Positions 12,925 through 25,099 of a stretch of 64,000 bases of DNA are shown here, in pieces. The notes under the pieces are model-generated. The model was not told the DNA's origin. It was given only the letters and a program-made list of their open reading frames with translations, and ran no database searches. Origin of the DNA: Squalus acanthias (Eukaryota); assembly GCA_030390025.1 (NCBI GenBank), contig CM059432.1, positions 138,138,001 to 138,202,000 of the forward strand, written 5' to 3'. Made by a program: the position numbers and the translations under genes. Position 1 is the first letter of the stretch; each line of letters opens with the position of its first letter.

Positions 12925-13350
12925 GAAAGAATTGCATTTATATCGCGCCTTTCACGACCTTAGGACGTCTCAAAGCGCTTTACAGCCAATGGAGTACTTT
13001 TGAAGTGTAGTCACTGTTGTAATGAGGGATATGTAGAGGCCAATTTGCACACAGAAAGGCCTCAAAAACAGCAATGTGATAATGAACAGTTAATCTGTTT
13101 TTAGTGATGTTGGTTGAGGGATAAATATTGGCTAGAACGCCAGGGAGAACTCCCCTGTTCTTCTTCGAAATAATGCCATGGGATCTTTTACGTTCACCTG
13201 ATAGGGCAGACAGGACCTCGGTTTAACGTCTCCTCCGAAAGACGGCACCTCAGACAGTGCAGCACTCCCTCAGTACTGCACTGAAGTGTCAGCCTGGATT
13301 TTGCGCTCAAGTCTCTGGAGTGGGACGTGAATCCACAACCTCCTGACTCA
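12925..13350 (-). mobile_element. Deu-domain SINE (SacSINE1-like)
   Basis: Reverse complement of the SINE at 31748. Confidence 0.85.
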
Positions 13351-13354
13351 GAGG

Positions 13355-13725
13355 TGTCAAAGAAGGAGCTATCAAGAGGGACGACCAAGAGATGGAGTTT
13401 AAGGAGGGTCTTAAAGGAAGAGAGGGAAGTGGAGAGGCAGAGGGGTTTAAGGGGGGAATTCCAGAATGTGGCGCCTAGGTGGCTGAAGGCACGGCCGGCA
13501 ATGGTGTGGCAAATGGAGGGGTGGGGGGGGGGGGAATGCACAAGAGGCCAGAGTCGGAGGAGCACAGGATTCAGGGGGTGGATGAGGATTTCAGCAGCAG
13601 ATGGGCTGAGGCGGGCGATGTTACGCAGGTGGAAGTAGGCGGTCTTTGTGATGGAGAGGATAATGGGTTGGAAGCTTGTCTCCGGGACGAGTAGGATGCC
13701 AAGATTGCAAACAGTCTGATTCAGA
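13355..13725 (-). mobile_element. Degenerate L2 fragment
   Basis: ORF segment NQTVCNLGIL...TKTAYFHLRNIARL. Confidence 0.75.
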
Positions 13726-15409
13726 GATAAAAATAGGGACAAAAACAACACACACTGACAGTCAGGCTTTTAAATAGAAAGCTGCTGGGGCAGGCTTCCA
13801 CCCCCAGACACAGAAACTTAGGAAGCAGGAGAGTAGTTAGAAATGATTTTGTTTAAGTCAAGCAACTGAATTGAGCGAGTCTCAACACAAGCTTGTTTAT
13901 TTCGCAGAGAGAGCAACAGTTATGATTGGACTCATTGAATTCAATCAGGGCAACCTGCCTTCAGTTAATAATTAAAAAAACAAACACACTGTGCTTCCCC
14001 ACATCAGTGGGTTGTTTTGCTTGACTTAAGTAAAAATAACTTTCTAAAAATGAACCAGCAAGAATGAGCTCCTGCCTGGCAGGGATTCCTTTCTGGAAAA
14101 AAAAATATTTTCATTTAAATAAGGAGCGAGCTCGATATAAAACTCGATGTCTTTAGTGACAGACATGTGGAGGAAATTTATAATGTGGAGGGTGGAAGAC
14201 AGCCATCAACTCTGTTTTTAGACATCATTCCACCAAGTTGAGGTTTACAGCTTCTCGGCAGCCTTTCTGTGGTATGTGCCGATCGGGCTTGCTCATCTGT
14301 GCCTGGACCACGAGGAGGGGAAAAGTTGGGTCCTAATTGTGATCAAAATACCTCTTGCTTTCCCCCCTGCTACTCCTGAACAACAAATAGTTCTCACTAT
14401 TTTTACACGGGTATGTATTGTTTTGTGCAAACAAACAATCTTACTCTGTGCACGTTTAAAAATAAAAACAGAGCGTGCTTGAAACAAAGTTACGACAGTT
14501 GAGGTCTTGGGACCTCAAGCAGGTCATGCAACGAAACCGCAAGTACTGTGTGTCCTTAAACACTGTATATTGAAATAATCTATTAATATAGTCCCTGGTC
14601 AACATCTCTTTCACATGTGTTTTCATTGGGAAGGAAAATTACCTATGCAGACATCCCATAAGGCCAGTTAACAAAGTTCTCTGACTAAAAACAACTACAG
14701 TATTTAACAAAACTAGGGCACAAATACTTGGGGCTGGGGCCAATAAAAATATCATACTCCATCTGCCCGGGACCCAAAGCACAGTACAATAATCCGTTAC
14801 AGTGTTTCCCGAGAGGTGCAACTGCTTCAGCATGGATCATTAATAAGGGCTTTCTGCATGGGAACGGCGGCGAGAGTATTGCCCTAAGAGGAGCATGTTT
14901 ATGAGTGACGTGAGCTACATTGTGAAGAGGCACGTCCCTGCACAAACGGCAGGAGCTAGCTCTCTGACAAGTGATTATACATCTCAAGGTTAGCAGATTA
15001 ACAAGAGTGCGCCCAATTTGTTCACGGAGACACAATGGGAGCATTGAGACTCTGGAGGTACCGTAAGAGAAGAACCATGGAGCTAACTGCTGACACCAGA
15101 GGACTGGCTGTTAGGAAACATTGGAGAAACTTGGGTTAATTTAGCCTTTTAAAGGAGGTACTGTAAATAAAAGGGAACCTCATAAAATAAAAACATTTAA
15201 CCTGGTAAACGGGATGGAGAAGGAAAAAAGCCAACATACTGCCGTCAAGCTAGACTGGGACACTTAAGACAAAGAGGCTCAAAGTAGCAAATGGCAAATT
15301 TAGTGAAACATAAATTCCTGATGTCAGGAAGTTCTCTCTGCACAGTGAATGATAGAACAGACACCCAGTTAAAAGAGTGGAGGTAAAACACCCTGGAATC
15401 TATTGAAAG

Positions 15410-15828
15410 AAAGAAAGACTTGCATTTATATCGCACCTTTCACAACCTTGAATTGAACTTTTTGAAGTGTAGTCACTGTTGTAATGTGGCAGCCAATTTG
15501 TGCACAGCAAGCTCCCACAAACAGTAACATGATAATGGCCAGATAATCTGTTTTTGTGTGATGTTGATTGAGGGACAATTATTGACCAGGACACTGGGGA
15601 ATAAACTCCCCTGCTCTTCTTCGAAATAGTGCCGTGGGATCTTTTAATGTCCATCCGCGAGAGGAGACAGCCACGGTTCAATGTCTCATCCGAAAGACAG
15701 CACCCTGCTCCCTCAGCACTGCACTGGAGTGTCAGCCTAGATTTTTGTGCTCAAGTCTCTGGAGTGGGAATTGAACCCACAAACCTTCGGACTCAGAGGC
15801 AAGCGAGCTACCCACTGAGCCATGGCTG
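15410..15828 (-). mobile_element. Deu-domain SINE (SacSINE1-like)
   Basis: tRNA-like head reads cccactgagccatggctg on the + strand; tail aaagaaagaaagacttgcatttata. Confidence 0.85.
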
Positions 15829-16784
15829 ACACCGATACAGTATATTGCAGTGGGGCTGTAGATTCTTTCTGGAAAGATGAGCTGAATGGCTTTCCTCGAT
15901 CATACCTACCTTGTGAAAAGGTTTTTATAGGGTTTTTTTTTCAAATGCTACAAATATTTCTTACTTCCCTGTTTTTATATTTGCTCCAATGCCTTGTAGA
16001 TTTAGCTCAAAACCAACACCTGAAACGGGTCAAGGGTCATTTGCTTGTACCTTTGAAAAATGTTTCCACAAAATTCTTAAAGGAACAGGTACGTAGCTGC
16101 TCCAGTTGTCCTTTATACTGTGATGGAGTACTGCTTTGAGCCATAAAACCCATGGTAGTTTCACAAGATCTCCATTCATGTCATTCATCCAGATCCTATA
16201 GTAATTTTCTGTGGTCAGAATGTGGAAATAACTGTTCTGAACATGAATATTTTATGGATGGAAAGTATGTAAAGCAAACTGTTCACATCTGAGTATATAG
16301 TGAGCAGCAGGTAATGCTAAAAGTATTGAGATAATGATACCTCAGTACTCCCATTCACCCTTGCCTAGCCTGAGGTAGAGATGAGAAATGATGGGCTGAA
16401 TCTTAACTCCCAAAAACAGGTGGGTTGGGGTCGGGTCAGAGGTTAAAATTAAAATATCTGAAACAGGAACCCAACCCGCCTCGAACCCGCTCACTTCCCG
16501 TATTAATGGAGGTGGGACGAGGGGCAGGCCTTGGGAAACCCGGCAGTTGAAAGAAGGCAAGAAGGGCTGAATCCAATAAGCAAGTGCCTTGACCGCACTG
16601 CGCGGCCCAACAAGCTATTCAGTAAACACCCCTGCCCGCGCTCCCCCCGACTACCATCTGCTTACCCCCCACAGACAACCATCGGGACCCCGACCCCCCC
16701 CCCCACTCACAATTGGAACACACCCCCGCCATCGGAACCACCCTCCCCATGATTAGAATCCTCCCCCCCCCACCCCCTGGCGAG

Positions 16785-17070
16785 TGGGGGTGCGCAAGAA
16801 GCCAGAGTTGGAGGAGGGCAGAGTTCTTGGAGGGTTGGAGGAGGTTACAGAGTTAGGGAGGGGTGAGGCCATGAGGGATTTGAAGACAATGACTTACTGG
16901 CAGCACTACCGGGACGTCGAAAATGAGAATCTTAAAATCGAGGCGTTGGAGGAACTGGAGTCATAAGTCAGCGAGCACTGGGGTGAGCTGGATTTTGTGC
17001 GAGTTAGCATACAGGCAGCAGAGTTCTGGATGAGTTGAAGTTCATGCAGGCTGGAAGATTGGAGGCCAGT
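16785..17070 (-). mobile_element. Degenerate L2 fragment
   Basis: Matches the reverse complement of L2 at 3100-3380. Confidence 0.7.
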
Positions 17071-17133
17071 CAGAGAACAGAAGAGATTCTAAATCTAAAA
17101 GGTGTGTGGTTTTAAATATCTACAATAGTGTAT

Positions 17134-17975
17134 CGGCTAAAAATTCGGGGGCTTAACGCCACCCGTTACCGGCAAGAAATGGCAGAAGAGCGTCAGCTGC
17201 CGCTCTTTCGCCAGATGGTGGCGGGTCCTGCAGCGTCCTCCATTTTCGATGTCCCGGTAGTGCTGCCAGTAAGTAGTAGCGCCCTACAAAAAAAAATGGC
17301 GGCGTGGTAACGTCAGTCGGCGTGCAACACCGACTTAACGTCACCACAGTCAACTTCAACCCGCTGGGTCATAACCACACCAGGGAAACCCAGCGTGCAA
17401 ACAGACTGACAGAGGCACTGTCACCAGGGCCCACGTATCCCAGAGGCGCAGGTAGTTCGCAGCGTCCCTGGGATCACGTGGGCCATGGGAGCCAATCAGA
17501 GAAGGGAATCTCCCTTCATACAATTGACAGGAAGACCTGTCAATTATATGAATGGAGATCACCCCCAAAACATAGTAAAACTTTAAAATGACTTGAAATT
17601 ACATAAATTAACTATTTTGAAAGTTTTTAACGGGGCTAAAAATAAACTTACCTTTCTTTAAAGTATTTTTAAATGATAAATCAGTGGAAACATTTTTTTT
17701 TTTACTTTTTTCAACTCTTATCCTTACGTCTGCTTTTACCAGGCGCAAGAATTGTAAGGGTTTTCTGCGGGCGGAGGGTCTCCAAAAAGCGGAACTCTCC
17801 CCTCGCAGAGGCCCTTCTCCCGGGCAGCCGGAGGATCTGTCAAGAGCTTTCTTGACAGATCGGAAATGCCGGTTTCCAGCACATGCGCAGTGCATGCCTG
17901 AAACCGGCATTTCCAATGTCCCTACGGGTGGGTACACAGCGCGTAGACACCCGTAGGGATCGGAATATCCGGCCC
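17134..17975. mobile_element. Harbinger-type MITE with internal hairpins
   Basis: Imperfect TIR-like ends (ggctaaaaattc / gaatatccggccc). The 5' part resembles 21195-21320 and the 3' part resembles 45050-45600. Confidence 0.7.
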
Positions 17976-18779
17976 TTTATTAGTTCTGAGTGCATTGCCC
18001 CTTTAATTCATAGCCCCTTTAATTACCCACAATGCCTTGTGAACTCCACAGCCTCGCTCCCAGAGGCTGTAAGAAGATGTAACTCTGACTGTGAATGGGA
18101 ACTTTGGGTCGGAGGATTCCATTAACACCACCAGGGGGGCGTTGCACAGTAAGCTAGCGCTGCGCTCCACATCGCCACCCCCAGAGCGAATTTTTGGCCG
18201 GTAGCGTTGGGGCCATTTTCAGCAGCATTTAACTTGAGTTGCCAGTGACACCGGCAATTCTCTTGGCGTACACCAATTTTTCCCCCCAATCTCTGCAACT
18301 CACGATCCAAAATGTGCATTTGTTGAACTCCGACATCACAGCACTCATATTTATTGTGGTCCTATGTTACATGGCATTGTTTTTCTTGAAGAACTATGAC
18401 CACTAAATAGGCCAAGAAATTGGCCACTATTACGTTATAGGAAAGCATCACTATAGATAGGGAAATACCTTCACAGTACTAAAAATGGGAATCGTCACCT
18501 CTTTCAATGCTGTTGCCAGTTAGGGGATGCAGTCAATCCTAAAGCTATCATTAAGTGAACAGCAGTACACTGTTCTCCTAGTGCAGATGTTAAAAATGCT
18601 GGTAGTATTGGATGGCATTTTGATTTGATGGCACAACATGCAACAATTATGTGACACATTACAAGCATTTGTCACGTCATCCACGAAGTTCAAGCTGAAG
18701 CATTGTGGACGGAGGAGGTTTGGTGTCAAGATGAGAGAGTTATGCCAGTGTGTCCCATGCTCCATTACTAATGCTACAC

Positions 18780-19205
18780 CATGATAGATTGAGTAGACTA
18801 GGCCTATATTCCTTAGAGTTTAGAAGAATGAGAGGTGATCTCATTGAAACGTATAAAATTCTTAAGGGGCTGGGAGGATGTTTTCCCTGGCTGGGGAATC
18901 TAGAACTAAGGGGTCACATTCTCAGAATAAGGGGTTGGCCATTTAGGACTGAGATGAGGAGAAATTTCTTCACTGAAAGGTTTGTGAATCTTTGGAATTC
19001 TCTACCCCAGAAAGCTGTGGATGCTCAGTCGTTGAGTATATTCAAGACCAAGTTCGAAAGATTTTTGGACTCTAAGGGACTCAAGGGATATGGGGATCGT
19101 GCGGGAAGGTGGAGATGATGTAGAAGATCAGCCATGATCATATTGAATGGCGGAGCAGGCTCGAAGGGCCGAATGGCCTACTCCTGCTACTATTTCTTAT
19201 GTTCG
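18780..19205 (+). mobile_element. 5'-truncated CR1 LINE
   Basis: ORF 18750-19118 followed by a CR1 3' UTR. Confidence 0.9.
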
Positions 19206-21494
19206 GGACACAGAGCTTGTGCCATGCATACTATAGGCGTAGATTTAATTTGAGTGGTCAAATTGTGGACAACCTTACCTTTGCACTTTTCCTCAAACCT
19301 GAGACTTTCTTCCTCGTATGCTCCCACAATCTATGAAGATAGAAGACAACATTTACTCTATCCATTTCCTCCCCCATTTCCCATTGCGCATTAACTCACA
19401 CAGGAGGGTTCATCTATGGCTTAAGTATGGCTACCATCCTCCTGCTGTAGCGTTTCATGCGCGACGGACAACATTTTGCCATTGAAGAGAGCCAGTTCTG
19501 CCCACTTTCCCATTCCTACCTGGTCCACAAAGCCATAATGACACCCACAGTTACATGGATCAGCAGCCCTTTAAGAGCTGCTGCTCTCCTCATTCGCTGC
19601 CTTTTTCATTCATAGCGCTCCCTACACTCATGAGAAGCAAGCATGGAGCCTCACTGTTATTTTAACAGAACATTCTGGCCCATTGTGCTCATGTGGCGAT
19701 CCCAGCTCTATTGTTGCTGCGACCTTATAACGTTGCATGTATTCTTTACGTGCAACGCTCACCTTGTGGCAACTCATGGGAAAAACTAAAATAAATATAT
19801 TCACTTCCGAAAGCAATCCAGTTCAAGTAACATGAATGTCTTGCTACTGAAAAAATGTGCAAGTGCTTTTAGTGAACAAAACTTGTTCTTCAGTTTGTAA
19901 ATACCTCGTAAATCTCGTTGGACTATTGAACTGTGTGTATGCAATGTAAATAGTTGCATAATGAGGGTTACATTTATTTTCCCGTGCTTTAGGATTCATG
20001 AATCACACAGTCTTTAAATGTAAGAATGTTTCTGTTGCTGAAATTTACTCGACGATATCAACATTTGTGCGACCAGTTTCACATCACAATGTTGGAGCTC
20101 TGCTAATGATGTTAGTACACTATTAGTTAAATGAATGATGCACCAATATTTGATATATATATATATATATGTCAAGTGTATTTTATTTCAGATTTCCAGC
20201 ATCTGCAGTATTTTGCTTTTGTTGCAGTCTATGATGTGCTCTGAACATTTTGATTGGATTACAGACCTGCAATTCACTGGGGGTTTATTATGGCAACAAT
20301 TTTTTTTGAAACGTGTCTTCTTCTGGTTTTTGAACTGGATGGGGTTATTTTCTTCGACTGAGCATTTGATTTAACTTGCTAACTTTCAGAAAGCGGACTC
20401 ATAAACTATCTCTGAAATCCCACGACGCACTATTTTCGATCCCAGCAGATGTCAATTGTTCAAATTTACAACGGATATAAAGCCATCCCTCACGGTCGTG
20501 ACAGGCGTGTCGCTGTCTAAATATCAGATCAGTCATAAAAGTTGTCAAGTATTTCCTGTTTGCAAACCCCTTTGTCAGGAAGTTCCGATGTTAGGTTCGA
20601 AAATGCGTCTTTGGCAAATCCCCAAATATTTAAATTTCAAATGAGTTGAAAGGAAAGATTAGATTGCCCTTAGTGGACTGGGCGTTCATTTGTCGTAACT
20701 CAGGAACTTTCTGTCCGCTCTTCTTTTTTTTTACAAAGTAATAGTTTTGTACCCTTCACTCTCTGGAGTCATGTCTATAAGCTGGGCAAGTTTCTAATGG
20801 TTACAGTGCATGTGGGAGCTTTCCGCTGTGTCTCTGCAGTGATAGCGTTACAAAAAATATCACTGAAGTCCATTGATGCAGTTACCTCTCCACACACAAG
20901 CGTATTTGATAAAAGACAGCACAAGGGTTTCGGTAGAGTAAGTATGGAAAAAGCTGTTTCCACTGGCAGGCGGCTCGGTAACCAGAGGACACAGATTTAA
21001 GGCAGTTGGCAAAAGAACCGGAGGGGGAGATGAGGAGAAATTGGCCTCAAAATTGGGCTACTTATCGCCACTCGTTTGCACCGCAATCCTGGCGAAAAAT
21101 GGCAGCCGCCACTCTAGCGCCATTCTCTGGCACGGGACTCGCCAGCCGCCATTTTGGTGAGAACCTTAGGCCTGGAGATGTAAATGAAGAGAGCGTGACG
21201 TGCAACGCCGACTTGACGCCACGGCCGTGAACTTCAACCTTAGCGCTGAGTTCAGCGCTGGGTCCTAATCTCGCTCTGAAAAGCGAGCGTTCAGCAGATT
21301 GACAGAGACGCTGTCAGCACTTCCTAAAGAGACACACACATCTTTCAGGTAAGTTTGCATTTTGAACTGGATTTTTTATTTTTTATTTTATTGATGTAGT
21401 GGCTTGGTGCAATACATGCTAAAAGTTTTTAAAGTGTGCACGGAGTGCTACTGGACGCTTGCAAGGCCTCGGGTAGTAAAGGAAGGCCTCTGAG

Positions 21495-21637
21495 AAGACA
21501 GAAAATGCTGAAAATACTCAGCAGGTCAGGCAGCATCCATGGAGAGAGAAACAGAGTTCACGTCTCAGGTCGAGATGCTGCCTGGCCTGCTGAGTATTTC
21601 CAGCATTTTATGCTTTTATTTCACATTTACAGCATCC
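21495..21637. mobile_element. Deleted copy of the palindromic Penelope-like element (same family as 8876-9129)
   Basis: gaaaatgctgaaaatactcagcaggtcaggcagcatc...gatgctgcctggcctgctgagtatttccagcatttt. Confidence 0.7.
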
Positions 21638-21639
21638 GC

Positions 21640-21801
21640 TCGCAGAGGGAAGAGGAAGACGCAGAAGAGGAAGACGCAGAAGAGGAAGACACAGAAGAGG
21701 AAGACACGGAAGAGGTGGAAGCAGAAGGAAGGATGCAACCCAGACAGCCCCTTTCTGGCTGGTATATCCGAGATGGAATCATCTGCCTGCGGTACCAGTG
21801 A
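21640..21801 (+). pseudogene. Probable acidic C-terminal tail of a Harbinger transposase, including a 15-bp tandem repeat (EEEDA/T)
   Basis: EEEDAEEEDAEEEDTEEEDTEEVEAEGRMQPRQPLSGWYIRDGIICLRYQ*, convergent with the Myb/SANT remnant. Confidence 0.5.
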
Positions 21802-22269
21802 CCACAACCCCAATCTGTTACTAACCATCACAGTGTCCTCTTGGCCACAATGCTAAAATAAAAGCCACCACAAAGCAAACTTTCCAATCCAACTTTATAC
21901 ATCTATTCATCCAATATGACAACAAGAAATCAACTCATCACCTTTATGCATTCCCTTAGTGACTGTCTTATGTGTGCCTTTGCCTATCCTACTGATGTCA
22001 CGCAGTGCTACCCCAGTGGCTGCAGCATGGCTGGTGGAAGGCTGCTGACTTTAAGTGGGGGACACTGCAAATGGTCTTGCTGGTCGACCTTGAGGAGCTG
22101 GTGGCTGAGAGTGTCAAATCAAGTGATGGATTTTTTTCTGCTTCTTCTTCTTCTTCAACCACTGGGTGGGCAGGCTGCATTTCTTGGGTGTGTGAAATGA
22201 GGAAGGCACAAGGGTGCAGTTGTGGTGAGGGGAGGGCGGGAAAGCAAGAGGTGCATGCGAGAAGGAGGA

Positions 22270-22759
22270 TAAAGTATGAGGATACCAACATCTTGTATCC
22301 GTTCAGCCCCACCGTTGGCCAAGGGCTCAGCCCTGCCCCTGCCAAGAATGGCCAGCACCGTCTCCTCCAAGGGAGTGAGGTGAAGCTAGGCATGGGAGGT
22401 GTGCCTCGTGATTGGTACAGATTGTTGCTAGGTGAGTGACATGGAGGGGAGCGGGAATCGTGCAATGGGCGGTATGTAAGGCTAGTGGTGCAGTTGGTAG
22501 GAGACGCCTTTTGAAGATGCATTCACTGACCTTGACCAGTGGTCTGAGGCCATGAAGCTTTTTTGGGCACTGGAGCCAGGTGGTGGGGGTAACACTGCTG
22601 GCAGTGACAGCCTCGGTGATGTGGTCTCACATCCTTCTTTCTGGAAGGCCTCCTGGCCCCTGTGGGTCGAGGACCTCTCTTGCAGTGTTGACCCCCTGCA
22701 CAAAGCTGGAGTGCTGCGTGCGAGACCCTGGGTGCCCCTTCCCTGGCTTGCTGAGCCAA
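22270..22759 (-). pseudogene. Harbinger ORF2 Myb/SANT-like protein remnant (frameshifted)
   Basis: Joining frames gives AQQAREGAPRVSHAALQ/FVQGVNTAREVLDPQG...RRM*DHITEAVTASSVTPTTWLQCPKKLHGLRPLVK|gtcagt, then LTPLEETVLAILGRG. This follows the Myb/SANT pattern APRFS..AL..LV...W..I...V......RTW.QC.KKF.DL. Confidence 0.7.
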
Positions 22760-23880
22760 TTGTGTTAGTGCTGAAGCACATTTCCCATTTTTTGAGGTTT
22801 GGAAGGGAATTCAGCTTTAAGAGCTGAAGATTCCCATTTGGGAATTCTTTTTAATGTTAATTTTTTTTTCAGAATGCAGTTGAGCTGTAAGGACTAAAAA
22901 CTGCCTATTTTTACATGATTTTTATTTTTTTAATTTCAGAAGGCAGTTCCCCTTTAAGAGACCGAACTGATTTCTGAAATGACAGTCTCGCTTTCAGAGC
23001 AGGCTGTTCCTGCTGCAATGACATTTTGACCTCACTCCATTGGGGCCTCCTGCCGGTGTAAACGCCACCAGGACGGCATTGCATTGTGAATTTAGCGCTG
23101 GGCTAATGTTAATTAGTCCCAAGCGCCAATTTATCGGTCCTGCCAGCACAACCATTTTCGGTGGCCATTAACACCGGCCCGCGGTGACACGGCCGGTTTT
23201 TAGCGTTGTTGAATTTCTGGGCCATTGTTTTTTACGCAGCGAGTTGTTGTGATCTGGAATGCACTGCCTGAAAGGGTGCTGGAAGCAGATTCATTAGTAA
23301 CTTTCAAAAGGAATTGGATAAATACTTGAAAAGGAATCATTTACAGAGCTATGGGGAAAGAGCAGGGGAGTGGGACTAGTTGGGTAGCTCTTTCAAAGAA
23401 GCACGATGGGCAGAATGGCCTCTTTTTGTGCTGTATGATTCTATGAGTGGCACGTCAACATCTTCCTACATCACTAAGTTGCACTGTGTCTGGTCATCCT
23501 AGTAACAAGAGAAGTTAAGTAACGGGCCAGGTAACTGGCAAACGAATGGCAACCACCGTTAGTTAGACTTGCTCTTGCCCGTTAAATTGCTACGAGCTTT
23601 CGCGTGGCAAGTTGCTGCAAGTGGGAGATCGAAGCGGCGCGGCGCCCTCTACAGGGCATCTGGAACCTGTGTGAATAGGGCAAGCAACTGTGTGTGTCCT
23701 TACCCAATCAGATTGAAGAATGACTAATGAGCAGCGCAGAGTCTGAACCAGGAAGTGTAAGTGAGAATATTTAATACAAATGCCAAATCATGTACAGAAA
23801 GCGAAATAAAGAGACGGAAAGCAAGATGGGAATAAGAGAGAGAGATAAAAGAGACAAGTTCCAGATGCCCAGTCTCTTTT

Positions 23881-24715
23881 AGATTGGGAAATGTTGATGT
23901 ACAAAGGGACCTGGGTGTCCTTGTACATCAGTCACTGAAATTAAACATGCAGGTGCAGCAAGCAGTTAGGAAGGCAAATGGTATGTTGGCCTTCATTGCA
24001 AGAGGATTTGAGTACAGGAGCAAGGATGTCTTACTACAGTTAAAATTGAGAGGTCGCACAACACCAGGTTATAGTCCAACAGTTTTATTTGAAATCACAA
24101 GCTTTCGGAGCTATCGATTTGCTCCAGTTATACTACAGTTATACAGGGCCTTGGTGAGACCACACCTGGAGTACTGTGTGCAGTTTTGGTCTCCTTACCT
24201 AATAAAGGATATACTTGCCAGAGGGAGTGCAGCGAAGGTTCACCAGACTGATTCCTGGGATGGCAGGACTGTCGTATGAGGAGAGATTGGGTCGACTAGG
24301 CCTGTATTCACTACAGTTTAGAAGAATGAGAGGGGATCTCATTGAAACATACAAAATTCTGACAGGGCTAGACAGACTGGATGCAGGGAGGATGTTTCCC
24401 CTGGCTGGGGGATCTAGAACGAGGGGTCACAGTCTCAGGATACGGGGTAGTACATTTAGGACTGAGATGAGCAGAAATTTCTTCACTCAGAGGGTGGTGA
24501 ACCTGTGGAATTCTCTACCACAGAAGGCTGTGGAGGAAAAGTCACTGAATATATTTAAGAAGGAGATAGATAGATTTCTAGACACAAACGGCATCAAGGG
24601 GTATGGGGAGAGATGGTATTGAGATAGAGGATCGGCCATGATCATATTGAATGGCGGAGCAGGCTCGAAGGGCCGAATGGCCTACTCCTGCTCCTATTTT
24701 TTATGTTGTTTCTAT
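23881..24715 (+). mobile_element. 5'-truncated CR1 inserted into an unclassified repeat (flanks about 23525-23880 and 24720-25095)
   Basis: ORFs 23884 and 24215, followed by a CR1 3' UTR. Confidence 0.9.
24043..24130 (-). mobile_element. Penelope-like terminal fragment with an 11-bp TSD, nested in CR1
   Basis: TSD tactacagtta at 24032-24042 and 24131-24141; sequence matches one arm of 34006-34178. Confidence 0.75.
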
Positions 24716-25099
24716 GAAGAAAAAGTAAAAACTCCAACAACAATTACAATCTGAAGGAATGAGACTCCACACTAGTAAAAGTTCATCTTCAGTGCCAGAG
24801 AGGTTGTTTGGCAGTAATTAAGGCTTACCCTGCCGTTAAAAAGGTGCTTAGACCGAAATGGACAAGCCCTAACTTTTTGTTGCGAGTTTAGTCCGTATCT
24901 ATGACATCAGTACAGGAACTTCCCACCGCTCAATGCAGTTAAATGAGTCAGACAGCGAGATGCCGTTTTTGCGCAGTTTACGGAGGGGCAGCGCATCTCG
25001 GATAGCAACGTCCAGTATTTCTTGTCTAACTGCGCATCTGCCCCTCGCCTGAAATTGCTGTGCGATTTGCGCATAAATAACAGTGACATCGGCGCCGCA

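Larger units (their letters stand above)
21043..23223. mobile_element. Internally deleted PIF/Harbinger DNA transposon inserted into a CR1 3' end
   Basis: The host CR1 (gatgaggagaaatt|gttttttacgcagcgag) is split. 3-bp TSD ATT at 21040-21042 and 23224-23226. TIR ggcctcaaaattg / gaatttctgggcc matches 9/13. Convergent coding remnants lie inside. Confidence 0.8.

Noticed and set aside
18128..18142. CTCF-like ccaccaggggggcg
   Set aside because: One extra G relative to the core spacing, and it sits in a MITE-like fragment.
21648..21725. 15-bp tandem array as a CRISPR-like repeat
   Set aside because: No spacers; it is a coding-type minisatellite (EEEDA) in a eukaryotic transposon.
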